Below the pieces are notes generated by a model. That model was not told the DNA's origin. It ran no database searches and was given only the letters and a program-made list of their open reading frames with translations. Positions 37,258 through 46,023 of a stretch of DNA of 64,000 bases are shown piece by piece. This DNA is from a virus. Within the stretch, counting starts at the first letter, position 1; each line of letters opens with the position of its first letter. A program made the translations under genes and the position numbers. The stretch lies in the IMG/VR virus record IMGVR_UViG_3300045988_143931, positions 1-64,000 of that record, one strand, 5' to 3'.

Positions 37258-38569
37258 TTAAAGTCTCCTCGAATAACTCTTCAGCTTCTTCCATATCAGG
37301 CACATCAGATGTATCTTTAGCAATCCCCTCAATTACCTTAAATTCAAACACCTTATCCTTATAAGCTGTGAATGTTGCTCTGTTATCAATACGAACAACT
37401 ACACCTTCAGCAACATGTGTCTTACCGATTTCATCTGCTGGCATACCATCAAGATATTTATTTACTCTTTCTTTCAAATCTTCTGGTGTAGTAAAAATAA
37501 ACTTCTCTAAATCAGGTACATGCTTAACGCCCAACTTGTCACACCATACTTCTACAGTTTCCCAAGGCACTTCAACAACTGTTCCGTCTGCTGTTGTCAT
37601 TGTCATTCGATATACATACATCTCATTTTCGCCTTGGTCACAGCCATATGAGAATGTTGTGGTGTCACCAAATTTCTTAGTAAATTCTTTTTCCTTAACT
37701 CCCTTATTAGATACTGAACCCATAATTGGTGTTGTTTCATTTACATATCCGACAATTTCATAGAAAATTTCAGCACCTTCAGGAAGCTTGTCTTTTAATA
37801 AATCGTGGTACTTCTTTCTAAATCTATTATCAGAATAATATCCATCATTCTTTGTCATATCCTTTAACACAACCCTTCTGCTACCAGATACAACAGAAAC
37901 TTCTCTTATAACCTTTGGCTTCATATGTAAAAACTTTCTCAGCTTACTATTCTTCTTTGTAACCTTAACAGTCTTCATAGTACGAGCCGATGTTCCGTGG
38001 AGCTTACGAGTAATATAAATTGTATCTCCTGGCTTAAATGCTGATATATTATATGCAAGCTGTGCAGTATCTTTATGCTCCTCAAAAAATGGATATGATA
38101 CTGTTTCTTTCTGAAACTTATTTTTCTTCTTTAAATTATTTCCATTACCTCTTGAACGATTTTTTCCTCTTGGAATATATTTTTGACAAATCTCATGACC
38201 ACCAAGAACTGTAATCTGATCGCCATCTTTTAATTTTGAAATATCTGTATACTTAGAAAGTGTTTCAACAGGTAATACAAGTCCTTCTGACTTCTCACCT
38301 CTAAGTCTAATAGCGGTTACATTTCTCTTCTCAGCATCCATATAACCACCAATGTTGTTTCCATTCTCATCTTTCTTTCTGACAAGGTTATTATCTGCTG
38401 CATACTCAAGTGATAACTGACCGTCAGATGGGAAGAATACTACTTTCTGTCCTTCCTGATAATTCAAATCTACAATTACATTCTGTCCAAATACCTCTAC
38501 ACACTGTAACCTATCAGCGTTACTATGTTTTCTTAATCCTTTTAATGTTGTGATATAAGCACAATACAT
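37250..38569 (-). CDS. ATP-dependent RNA ligase with an N-terminal OB/tRNA-binding-like domain (Rnl5/DRB0094-like)
   Basis: N-terminal HSNADRL...RLRGEKSEGLVLP (OB). Motif I TRKLHGTS (KxHG), EGVVVRI, YKDKVFEFK. Confidence 0.75.
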   Translation of the reverse strand: MYCAYITTLKGLRKHSNADRLQCVEVFGQNVIVDLNYQEGQKVVFFPSDGQLSLEYAADNNLVRKKDENGNNIGGYMDAEKRNVTAIRLRGEKSEGLVLPVETLSKYTDISKLKDGDQITVLGGHEICQKYIPRGKNRSRGNGNNLKKKNKFQKETVSYPFFEEHKDTAQLAYNISAFKPGDTIYITRKLHGTSARTMKTVKVTKKNSKLRKFLHMKPKVIREVSVVSGSRRVVLKDMTKNDGYYSDNRFRKKYHDLLKDKLPEGAEIFYEIVGYVNETTPIMGSVSNKGVKEKEFTKKFGDTTTFSYGCDQGENEMYVYRMTMTTADGTVVEVPWETVEVWCDKLGVKHVPDLEKFIFTTPEDLKERVNKYLDGMPADEIGKTHVAEGVVVRIDNRATFTAYKDKVFEFKVIEGIAKDTSDVPDMEEAEELFEETLNE

Positions 38570-38639
38570 AAGTTCCTCTTACCTTAGTAAGTAGTGCGCA
38601 CTTTATCCTATAGGAACTTTTCTATTTTTCCTTTCTTCT

Positions 38640-39263
38640 TTAATCTTCTAATTTGTTACCTTTTGCTTCATTACAAAGCTTACACATTGTTTGATAGTTA
38701 CTAATATCATCAATACCACCTTTTGAGCGTGGCATAATATGATCTTTTGTCATTAAAATTTCATCACCATTATCATCAACTGCATACAAATTTAGATGAT
38801 AACTTTTATCCTGTAAATGTCTTTCTTTTGCAAAATATTTTCCTTCAATTCCACAAACTACGCATTTACAACCTTTAGTAAAAAATGTTTGGTATCTTTG
38901 GCTATTGCCCTTAATCAAATCTCCATCAAAATCAACTTTTGCAAGTTTTTTATCTTTCTCAAATAAAACATCCTTTACTTTATCTCTGACTTCTTCTATT
39001 GAATAGATTTCTTTCCTAAGTAATTTTGTAGGATTAAAATCTTTTAAAAGCGTTTTTACTTCACCTAATTTAAAACATTTTTCAAATAGCGGTTGCTTGT
39101 GCCAAGTTACGGATAATAATTCCGTATCGTTTGTAGGTGACATTGGATTATTATTCTTAGGGAAATCGGTTTCTAAAAAATCCCGTATTGTCTCAAACCT
39201 CAAAGACAATACCTTATCATCGACTTTGTATTGGATTTTAAATTTTTTATCTTTTCTTCGCAT
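38640..39263 (-). CDS. HNH endonuclease
   Basis: DHIMPRSKGG...N...CKLCNEAKGN. Start at the ATG at 39263, after AAGGAG. Confidence 0.8.
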   Translation of the reverse strand: MRRKDKKFKIQYKVDDKVLSLRFETIRDFLETDFPKNNNPMSPTNDTELLSVTWHKQPLFEKCFKLGEVKTLLKDFNPTKLLRKEIYSIEEVRDKVKDVLFEKDKKLAKVDFDGDLIKGNSQRYQTFFTKGCKCVVCGIEGKYFAKERHLQDKSYHLNLYAVDDNGDEILMTKDHIMPRSKGGIDDISNYQTMCKLCNEAKGNKLED

Positions 39264-39348
39264 AAAACATATCTCCTTATAATTTAATGTCGTCACCTAT
39301 GTATTCTCTCTTATTTTTCCAAAACTCCAAAGAAAATGCTTCATTCCT

Positions 39349-39699
39349 CTAACCATGAATATTCATATAAGGATATTTAACTCCCTTATATTCCTTATAA
39401 CCCTTTGTTAATAATCTAAAATTCACATTCTGTTTATAATATCCTTTGTATTTCTTTACTAAAAACAAATGAGTACACCTACATTGAATACAAAATTTGC
39501 TATTTCGTTTGGCTTCATTTTTTGAATAATAATATCCTTGAATTCCACTACAACAAGGGCAGGTTGATACCCATACTTCTCTTGTTAAGTTGTGTATTTC
39601 TTCAAATGGAATTTCATGAAATATTAGACCTTCAGGAGTTACAAGATAATATTTCTTTTCACCAACATCTATACTTTCTGACTCAACTTGACTAATCAT
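39349..39699 (-). CDS. Hypothetical Cys-rich protein
   Basis: ORF track. SD GGGAGAAT. Confidence 0.6.
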   Translation of the reverse strand: MISQVESESIDVGEKKYYLVTPEGLIFHEIPFEEIHNLTREVWVSTCPCCSGIQGYYYSKNEAKRNSKFCIQCRCTHLFLVKKYKGYYKQNVNFRLLTKGYKEYKGVKYPYMNIHG

Positions 39700-39978
39700 T
39701 TATTCTCCCATCTGATCTACAATGCTTTGTAATTTATCAACATATATCTGAGCATCCTTTTTATGTCTAAGCTGCTTAATATCAGCAGGTACAAAAGTCA
39801 ATATTGCTTCACCAAAAACTTTATTGTCAGCGTATAAATTCATAAACTGACACATAGTCTCGACATCAATCCAATTTAAATCTGGCTGAAAACAAATCAC
39901 ATCACCCTTCTGTGGATGCAGTTTTCTAACCTTAATAAGTGTCTGTTTAAATAATTTCTTTCTCTGTCTCTTGTTCAT
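39700..39978 (-). CDS. Hypothetical protein
   Basis: ORF track. SD TAGGAG. Confidence 0.6.
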   Translation of the reverse strand: MNKRQRKKLFKQTLIKVRKLHPQKGDVICFQPDLNWIDVETMCQFMNLYADNKVFGEAILTFVPADIKQLRHKKDAQIYVDKLQSIVDQMGE

Positions 39979-39982
39979 ATGG

Positions 39983-40339
39983 TTATTCTCCTAACACTTC
40001 CACATCAATACACAATAAATCACGCAAATTCTTAATCTGTTCATCAGTTGGTTTCTTCCACTGCATTGTTTCGTCTACATTAATTGTAAAAGCACCACCA
40101 CATAATTTGATTTTTGCAATAATACCAGGAGCACCAACAACAGCTACTTTTGGCATTGGAATGTTACAACTTGTTTTTGGTAACTTTGATTTCTGAGCAT
40201 ATTCAAATGCTCTTAACTCATCCTTGCCGAGCCACTTTACCCAAGCACCACAATCATCACAATACAATCCTATATTATTACCTTTTGTTTCTATATGAAG
40301 TGCAACGCTGCCACACTTCTTACAACAATTCTGATACAT
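39983..40339 (-). CDS. Zinc-ribbon protein
   Basis: CCKKCGS...CDDCG. ATG at 40339, after TAGGAGGG. Confidence 0.6.
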   Translation of the reverse strand: MYQNCCKKCGSVALHIETKGNNIGLYCDDCGAWVKWLGKDELRAFEYAQKSKLPKTSCNIPMPKVAVVGAPGIIAKIKLCGGAFTINVDETMQWKKPTDEQIKNLRDLLCIDVEVLGE

Positions 40340-40349
40340 GATTTCCCTC

Positions 40350-40562
40350 CTAATCAATTTCTTCAAATACAACACTATTGAATTCCACATCTGGAAACTC
40401 TTTTATATATACAATTGTGTGCCAAGAATGAACTACAATATCTTCCAATGTATATTCTTTACCAACTTCCAATAAGTGATGATTTTCACCGCCACCACCC
40501 CATACGTCATCATCGTTTCTAACACATTTAATTTTTCTTCGTTTTGTATTATAAATATCCAT
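40350..40562 (-). CDS. Hypothetical protein
   Basis: ORF track. SD AGAGGAG. Confidence 0.6.
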   Translation of the reverse strand: MDIYNTKRRKIKCVRNDDDVWGGGGENHHLLEVGKEYTLEDIVVHSWHTIVYIKEFPDVEFNSVVFEEID

Positions 40563-40805
40563 TTAATTTCCACTCCTCTTCCAAACGCCTATATATTCCT
40601 GTGACTCCTGTTTGAATCTTTTTAACATATCAATTAATGCATCTACTTCTGTCAAATCATCAAAAACAATCTCGACTGGATCTTTTTCTTTTAAATCCAA
40701 TCTTTCTGCGTAAGGAAATGGTTTGATAAAACATTCAAATTTAATATCTCTGCCCTTATGTCTGAGTGTGATTTCATTAACATTTTCTTTGTCACCAATC
40801 CTCAA
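40563..40805 (-). CDS. Hypothetical protein
   Basis: ORF track. TTG after AAGGAGG. Confidence 0.6.
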   Translation of the reverse strand: MRIGDKENVNEITLRHKGRDIKFECFIKPFPYAERLDLKEKDPVEIVFDDLTEVDALIDMLKRFKQESQEYIGVWKRSGN

Positions 40806-40844
40806 TATTTTGCCTCCTTGTGAAATGCGAGTTTTATTGGATAA

Positions 40845-41276
40845 TTATTCGTACTTATTTCCAGTTGCAGTCGTAACTGAACTAATTGAAAATCCTAAAT
40901 GTTTACCAAAATCATTGATGAAATCAATCTGCCTCTTCTGAAAATCAATATCATAACAGATATTTGACTTCGCATATGTCAAAATCATCTCAAACAAAGT
41001 TTCAATAGATAAATCATCATTTTCATCATTCAACCATCCGTCACCAAAGTTTAAAGGACTTATGCAAGTTTCAGTCTGTACTACAAAATCATTACGCTCA
41101 TCTTTGTAAACACCGCATACATATACATCATCGTCATCATATTCACAATCAAATCTGAATATCTCTAATACACTTGGACAATCTTCTTTATAATCTGCAT
41201 GAACTAACCCATACTCAAAATTATCTGAGTCGATGAACTTTTTAATGTCTTCTAATGTAAAATCTTTATATCTCAT
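40845..41276 (-). CDS. Hypothetical acidic protein
   Basis: ORF track. SD AGAGGAG. Confidence 0.6.
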   Translation of the reverse strand: MRYKDFTLEDIKKFIDSDNFEYGLVHADYKEDCPSVLEIFRFDCEYDDDDVYVCGVYKDERNDFVVQTETCISPLNFGDGWLNDENDDLSIETLFEMILTYAKSNICYDIDFQKRQIDFINDFGKHLGFSISSVTTATGNKYE

Positions 41277-41280
41277 TTAG

Positions 41281-41541
41281 TTATTCTCCTCTTCGTATAA
41301 TTTCTCCATCTTTATTACATATCATTGCGTTTTCGCATACTTCTCGCATAACATATGGTAAATTATTTTCTTTAAAATATTCATTTGCCATATCAATGAA
41401 TTTATCTCGATTTTCATCAATATGGTTATGTGAATATTCATCCTCAAAATCCCATGTGTCTAAATACTTTGTCTCTATAAAATCATTATTTTCAATATCG
41501 TTTTTTAAATCTTCAAATACTTCATAGCAAATATCTAACAT
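41281..41541 (-). CDS. Hypothetical protein
   Basis: ATG at 41541 lies 6 nt after CAGGAGG. Hairpin TGAAAG-ATTT-CTTTCA at 41561-41576 upstream. Confidence 0.6.
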   Translation of the reverse strand: MLDICYEVFEDLKNDIENNDFIETKYLDTWDFEDEYSHNHIDENRDKFIDMANEYFKENNLPYVMREVCENAMICNKDGEIIRRGE

Positions 41542-41581
41542 TTCACACCTCCTGACCGAATGAAAGATTTCTTTCAATGTA

Positions 41582-41779
41582 TTATTTGAACTCTATCTTG
41601 TTCCTTTTTAATACTTTAACTGCCTTATCATAATCAGTTTCAGCTACTTTGATATTTTTCATCTTAGTTGGTTTTGGCTTAATCCAATGACGGCATTCAG
41701 TAATGTTTTCGTCATACCACATCAAACCGCTTTCACAATATTTATGCCATTGGCAGTCATTGTTACCACATTTACTCAT
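41582..41779 (-). CDS. Small Cys-rich protein
   Basis: ORF track. Its ATG overlaps the end of the methyltransferase gene. Confidence 0.55.
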   Translation of the reverse strand: MSKCGNNDCQWHKYCESGLMWYDENITECRHWIKPKPTKMKNIKVAETDYDKAVKVLKRNKIEFK

Positions 41780-42635
41780 TTATGTATCCTCTTACTCTCT
41801 TGCTTCCAACCTCAAAAATATCCTTATCTTTCTCAAAACATATGTAATTCCTATTTGTATTCATAGCTGCGACTGCAGTTGTACAACTTCCTGCACATGA
41901 ATCAAGGACTAAATCGCCTGGATTTGTGTATGTCTTAATCATATACTCGCACAGTGCTAACGGTTTTTGTGTCGGATGCAGACACGATTTTTGTTTGTCG
42001 CTTGCAAAAGTCAGTACACTCCTTGGATAACGGTCGGTTTCACCGCCACCAGATAATTCTTTATTCATTCTTCCATAAATTTCTGTATTATTCTGTGTTT
42101 CTATATACTTTGTATATGAATGAATTGGTGTATGTCCTGTTGTTTTCTGTGGATGATATGTAGGAAGTTTTTTATAGAATATTAAGATGTTTTCATGTGC
42201 CTTCATAGGCATTTTTTTAGCATTTAGATGACCAGTAGCTTGTGTTTTTTCCCATATCCATTTATAACGCAACATACTGAGATTGGAAGCACCTAACACT
42301 TTATCAAAAGGTGTTTGTGCAAATAATGCAATACAACCATTGTCTTTAATAATTCGATTATAATGAGTCCATAAACCGTCTTTTTTATTCTCATAAAACC
42401 AATCTCTTGTATATTCAAGACTACTATTTGTTACTTGAGCCAACTTAAATAAATCTGTTTCATAGAAATATTGTCCTGATAACTCAACGTAATCATTTAA
42501 TGGTAAAACAGAATCCCATTTACAATGAGTTGTTCCATAAGGAAGATCCGTAAGTATAAAATCGACTGACTTATCATCAATCTTTTTCATACCTTCAAGG
42601 CAATCTTCGTTGTATATTTTGTTAATCTCTAACAT
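41772..42635 (-). CDS. DNA methyltransferase, N6-adenine or N4-cytosine (beta-class, motif IV before motif I)
   Basis: Catalytic DFILTDLPYG (DPPY-like) at the N-terminus. SAM-binding VLDSCAGSCTT near the C-terminus. Confidence 0.8.
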   Translation of the reverse strand: MLEINKIYNEDCLEGMKKIDDKSVDFILTDLPYGTTHCKWDSVLPLNDYVELSGQYFYETDLFKLAQVTNSSLEYTRDWFYENKKDGLWTHYNRIIKDNGCIALFAQTPFDKVLGASNLSMLRYKWIWEKTQATGHLNAKKMPMKAHENILIFYKKLPTYHPQKTTGHTPIHSYTKYIETQNNTEIYGRMNKELSGGGETDRYPRSVLTFASDKQKSCLHPTQKPLALCEYMIKTYTNPGDLVLDSCAGSCTTAVAAMNTNRNYICFEKDKDIFEVGSKRVRGYINE

Positions 42636-42705
42636 TTCTTACTCAGAGCAAATCCAGATTTAATGCTGCAGCAAATCTCTTGCTCCTTTCATTATTCTTA
42701 TTCTC

Positions 42706-43113
42706 TTAATAGATTTCTGTCCATTCACTAATTTCTACTTTATTATCAGGATAGCCAGATAAACTCCATTCATCGTCGTTATATACTACTTTCCACATAG
42801 CATTCTCTCCATGTGGATTACCTTTAATCTTGCCATAATATAATCCTGAACATGGTGGTAATTCTTCTTCTGTCTTTCTCCAAATTGGCTTCTCATATAC
42901 TTTGTTAATGTCATCTACTGCTTTTGCTAAATCTGTCGCAATTGTATTGAAATATCCTTTTTGTAAATCAATCATTTTTTCTAAATATTCTTTAGTATTA
43001 TTGTTCATTTCAAGTATGTAAGTATGATTAATTTTAAAATCAATTCCAAGCCCAATAAGTGCTCCTATACAAATTCCTAATAATCCAATTAATACTGTTA
43101 AATAAATATCCAT
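42706..43113 (-). CDS. Membrane-anchored hypothetical protein
   Basis: N-terminal TM segment YLTVLIGLLGICIGALIGLGI. SD GTGAGG. Confidence 0.6.
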   Translation of the reverse strand: MDIYLTVLIGLLGICIGALIGLGIDFKINHTYILEMNNNTKEYLEKMIDLQKGYFNTIATDLAKAVDDINKVYEKPIWRKTEEELPPCSGLYYGKIKGNPHGENAMWKVVYNDDEWSLSGYPDNKVEISEWTEIY

Positions 43114-43163
43114 ATCTTACCTCACTTTCTTATCATCCGAAGGAAACTTCGGTTTACTGTGGT

Positions 43164-43439
43164 TTATTTTCCATCATACAATTTAACTGTTCCATCTGAA
43201 TTGTAGATAGGAGTGATTGCCATTGAGTTGTTTCCATAAACACATAAATACATTACCTTTGTATTCTCGTCATAAGCAACTACACTTCCATCATTCTTAT
43301 CATAAATTTCATGCATTTTTATATATTTGTTATTAACATTTGAAAAATTACTATCTCCATCTTTAATATAAGCTCCACATCCAGTCAATCCAAAGCACAA
43401 TGTTAATCCTAATACAACCACTAAAATTTTCTTCTTCAT
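43164..43439 (-). CDS. Small lipoprotein (paralogue of 20694..20939)
   Basis: MKKKILVVVLGLTLCFGLTGC lipobox. ATG at 43439, after TAGGAG. Confidence 0.7.
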   Translation of the reverse strand: MKKKILVVVLGLTLCFGLTGCGAYIKDGDSNFSNVNNKYIKMHEIYDKNDGSVVAYDENTKVMYLCVYGNNSMAITPIYNSDGTVKLYDGK

Positions 43440-43452
43440 ATGATTTATTCTC

Positions 43453-43866
43453 CTATCTACCATACATAATATATTCATCACCAAGTTCAAGATTCATTTT
43501 GTAATTTCCATTGTTATAAACCTGAACTCTCATATTGTAAAATTTACTATCCTGCTCATGAGAATTTGGATCATAAGGATAACTAAAACCTGCTCTTGTT
43601 AGATGTCTAAGAACACGTCTCTCTGTTGTCGCACGACTACATCTTTCTTCAAAAGCTAATTGTCCATTGTCGAGATTTACCAAACTACAATATGTTGATG
43701 TACTGTCACCACCATATTTGTTTTTATTATCTCTGAACGAAATCACTAAATAAACACCTATTACATTGTTATTTTCTTTCTGCACTACGACTGCACCATT
43801 TGTTAATTTGATATTTCTGTCTAAGTCTACACAATCGCAAACTCCTTTAATACTAATATTCTGCAT
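43453..43866 (-). CDS. Hypothetical protein
   Basis: ORF track. SD AGAGGTG. Confidence 0.6.
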   Translation of the reverse strand: MQNISIKGVCDCVDLDRNIKLTNGAVVVQKENNNVIGVYLVISFRDNKNKYGGDSTSTYCSLVNLDNGQLAFEERCSRATTERRVLRHLTRAGFSYPYDPNSHEQDSKFYNMRVQVYNNGNYKMNLELGDEYIMYGR

Positions 43867-43897
43867 TTATTTACACCTCTTGTTATATTATTCTCTA

Positions 43898-44047
43898 TTA
43901 TTTCTGCCACCAATGTTTCTTTTTATTTTCTTTATAAACATTACAAACATTTGGATAATTACAACTTTTGGTTTCTTCATTGTAATATTCGCAAAAATAT
44001 CCATCTTCACAACCAATATCGCATTCCATTTCAGTATATATTCTCAT
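43898..44047 (-). CDS. Small Cys-rich protein (49 aa)
   Basis: Below the track cutoff. Reads MRIYTEMECDIGCEDGYFCEYYNEETKSCNYPNVCN..., with SD TAGGAGGG before the ATG at 44047. Confidence 0.5.
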   Translation of the reverse strand: MRIYTEMECDIGCEDGYFCEYYNEETKSCNYPNVCNVYKENKKKHWWQK

Positions 44048-44081
44048 AAAACCCTCCTAAACTCCTCAAGAAATCTATGTT

Positions 44082-44246
44082 TCATTGGTTTTCTACATTT
44101 TTTAGCACATGCCATATTTTATTGACAGTATCGTTTTCATCATCATCGACCACCAAAAACCCTTTATTTTCAAGGGTTTCAACGACCTCTTTTGCTTCAC
44201 ATCCGTAATATGCCTTAATTTCAGCGATTTTCTTTAATTTTGCCAT
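44082..44246 (-). CDS. Small hypothetical protein
   Basis: Start moved to the ATG at 44246, after AGAGG. This leaves a regulatory gap carrying a palindromic box. Confidence 0.5.
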   Translation of the reverse strand: MAKLKKIAEIKAYYGCEAKEVVETLENKGFLVVDDDENDTVNKIWHVLKNVENQ

Positions 44247-44302
44247 TTTTACCTCTTTTCTAACCCAATGAAATTCCGCTTTCTTGTGGTCTTGATTTTT
44301 AT

Positions 44303-44346
44303 ACAATATATAGTATTTGTTAAAATCATTTAACACTGTATATTGT
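44303..44346. promoter_or_regulatory. Pair of ACTATATATAGT-type boxes 32 bp apart
   Basis: ACAATATATAGT at 44303-44314 and ACTGTATATTGT at 44335-44346. The second lies inside the 3' end of the C5 methyltransferase gene. Confidence 0.45.
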
Positions 44347-45537
44347 TATTTGTTTTTTATGTAAATTTCCCGTATTAATTGCTTTATACAGTCTATTTAG
44401 TGCAACTTCAAATGCACCAATGCCAGAAAAGAAGCTACTCACCCTCAAGTTATCAAATAGATATGGCATAGCCGCATACAATTCAATTAAAGTGTAATAA
44501 ATAACTGCAACAACAATACTGTTTCCTGTCTGTTTATACATCTGATGATCACTAATTCCAGCTTCCTTACAAGCATAATAAGCAGAGTCATCAAAATCCA
44601 TCAATCTAAAGCATTCTAATGTTGTTAATTTCCTTAATACTTCGTCTTTTTCAATTTTAGGACAATTGCTATGACCTGCTGTATGTGTTTTCGAAATACC
44701 ATTAGGATCTAAAATTACACCATCTTGTGACGAATTTATCTTTCCTTTTACTAATATCTGTTTTGGTTGTTTGTATGTAGTAGCATCAATTGTTGACATA
44801 TATTCGTTAATGTCATATACCCAATGTCTACTATTTGTACCTTTGCCTGTTCCAACAGTTGTTCCAAGAACCTTATATTCATTCCCACATGGATATTTTT
44901 CACTTTTTTGACTCTCTTTAAATCGTTGGTAATACTCTTCAGATAAATAATACTTATTCTCTACTTCTGATTCTGGTTGCAATAAATCTTTCAATCTTAT
45001 ATCGCTATCAAAAGGTTTATGAAAATGAAACTTACCATTGTCAATATCTTTTCTAATACTTACAATTATTACTCGCTCTCTATTTTGAGGAACACCATAG
45101 TCCTTGGCATTAAGTACTTTCCAATACGAATTATATCCAGCTTGATCTAAATCTGATAAAACTGTCTCAAACTCCTTTTTAAATCTCTTACTAACCAAAT
45201 TCTTGACATTTTCTATAATAGAAAACTTTGGCTGCTTATATTTTAAAATTCTTATCCCTTCGTAATACATGCCACTTCTTGTTTTATTACCACTTTCATC
45301 TATAAATCCTTTTTGACTACCGGCAACTGAAATATCAGTACATGGAAAACCCCAGGTCATCAAATCAAAATCGTTTAATTTTGTTTCATCCACTCTTGTT
45401 ATGTCGCCTAAATTCAGTGACTCATCTACATTATGAATGGCACAATAGCTTTTTGTAGCATATTTATCGAACTCGCAGAAGTTCACTAACTTCCAGTTCT
45501 TCTCACAATAATTATTTTTTTCTTTATTCTCTGTCAA
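44326..45537 (-). CDS. DNA (cytosine-5)-methyltransferase, circularly permuted (motif I at the C-terminus)
   Basis: Motif order in the ORF: EFDKYATKSYCAIHN, GFPCTDIS (IV), ENVKN (VI), QNRERV (VIII), QTGNSIVV (X), then LRVSSFFSGIGAFEVAL (I) as the final segment. Confidence 0.85.
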   Translation of the reverse strand: MTENKEKNNYCEKNWKLVNFCEFDKYATKSYCAIHNVDESLNLGDITRVDETKLNDFDLMTWGFPCTDISVAGSQKGFIDESGNKTRSGMYYEGIRILKYKQPKFSIIENVKNLVSKRFKKEFETVLSDLDQAGYNSYWKVLNAKDYGVPQNRERVIIVSIRKDIDNGKFHFHKPFDSDIRLKDLLQPESEVENKYYLSEEYYQRFKESQKSEKYPCGNEYKVLGTTVGTGKGTNSRHWVYDINEYMSTIDATTYKQPKQILVKGKINSSQDGVILDPNGISKTHTAGHSNCPKIEKDEVLRKLTTLECFRLMDFDDSAYYACKEAGISDHQMYKQTGNSIVVAVIYYTLIELYAAMPYLFDNLRVSSFFSGIGAFEVALNRLYKAINTGNLHKKQITIYSVK

Positions 45538-45725
45538 AATCCTTTAATCTACAGAGATTGCGCAATCATTTATACCTAGAATTTACTGTTAAATCCTTTC
45601 TTCTTAATATTATTTTGTTGTAAAATCACTCGAAAATGGGCACGTCTGCCTAATCAAATGAAAAAAATATTTCTTGTTACTTTTATTTGGAAAGTTTGGC
45701 TGATCAGCCATGAATAGAATTGCTT

Positions 45726-46019
45726 CTATATTAGATTATTCTCTGTTTGAAACTTCTTTAATTCATCTTGAATAATTTTCTGCATATCTTCTTTGTCAAA
45801 AGATATATTTGCAACTGGAATAATATTTGCATTTAGATTAGCATCACCAACAACGGCTTTATCAAATGCATCTAAAAACATTTCTGCGATTTCTTTTTCA
45901 TAAAACCCACACATTCCATCGCAGTTAATATCTGCAATTACTCTTGAAAAGAAATCTTTGAACTTATCAGCTATAAAATCTCGTTCATATTCTCTTGGAA
46001 TATCAATTGTTATTTTCAC
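45726..46019 (-). CDS. Hypothetical protein
   Basis: ORF track. GTG after AGAGGTGAG. Confidence 0.6.
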   Translation of the reverse strand: MKITIDIPREYERDFIADKFKDFFSRVIADINCDGMCGFYEKEIAEMFLDAFDKAVVGDANLNANIIPVANISFDKEDMQKIIQDELKKFQTENNLI

Positions 46020-46023
46020 TCTC

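Noticed and set aside
45698-45709. 12-bp palindrome GGCTGATCAGCC and the small GC hairpin GGGCACGTCTGCC (45639..45651) upstream of the C5 methyltransferase gene.
   Set aside because: Both are real in the sequence, but they are short and single-copy with only a weak U-tract. I cannot distinguish a terminator, an operator or chance.
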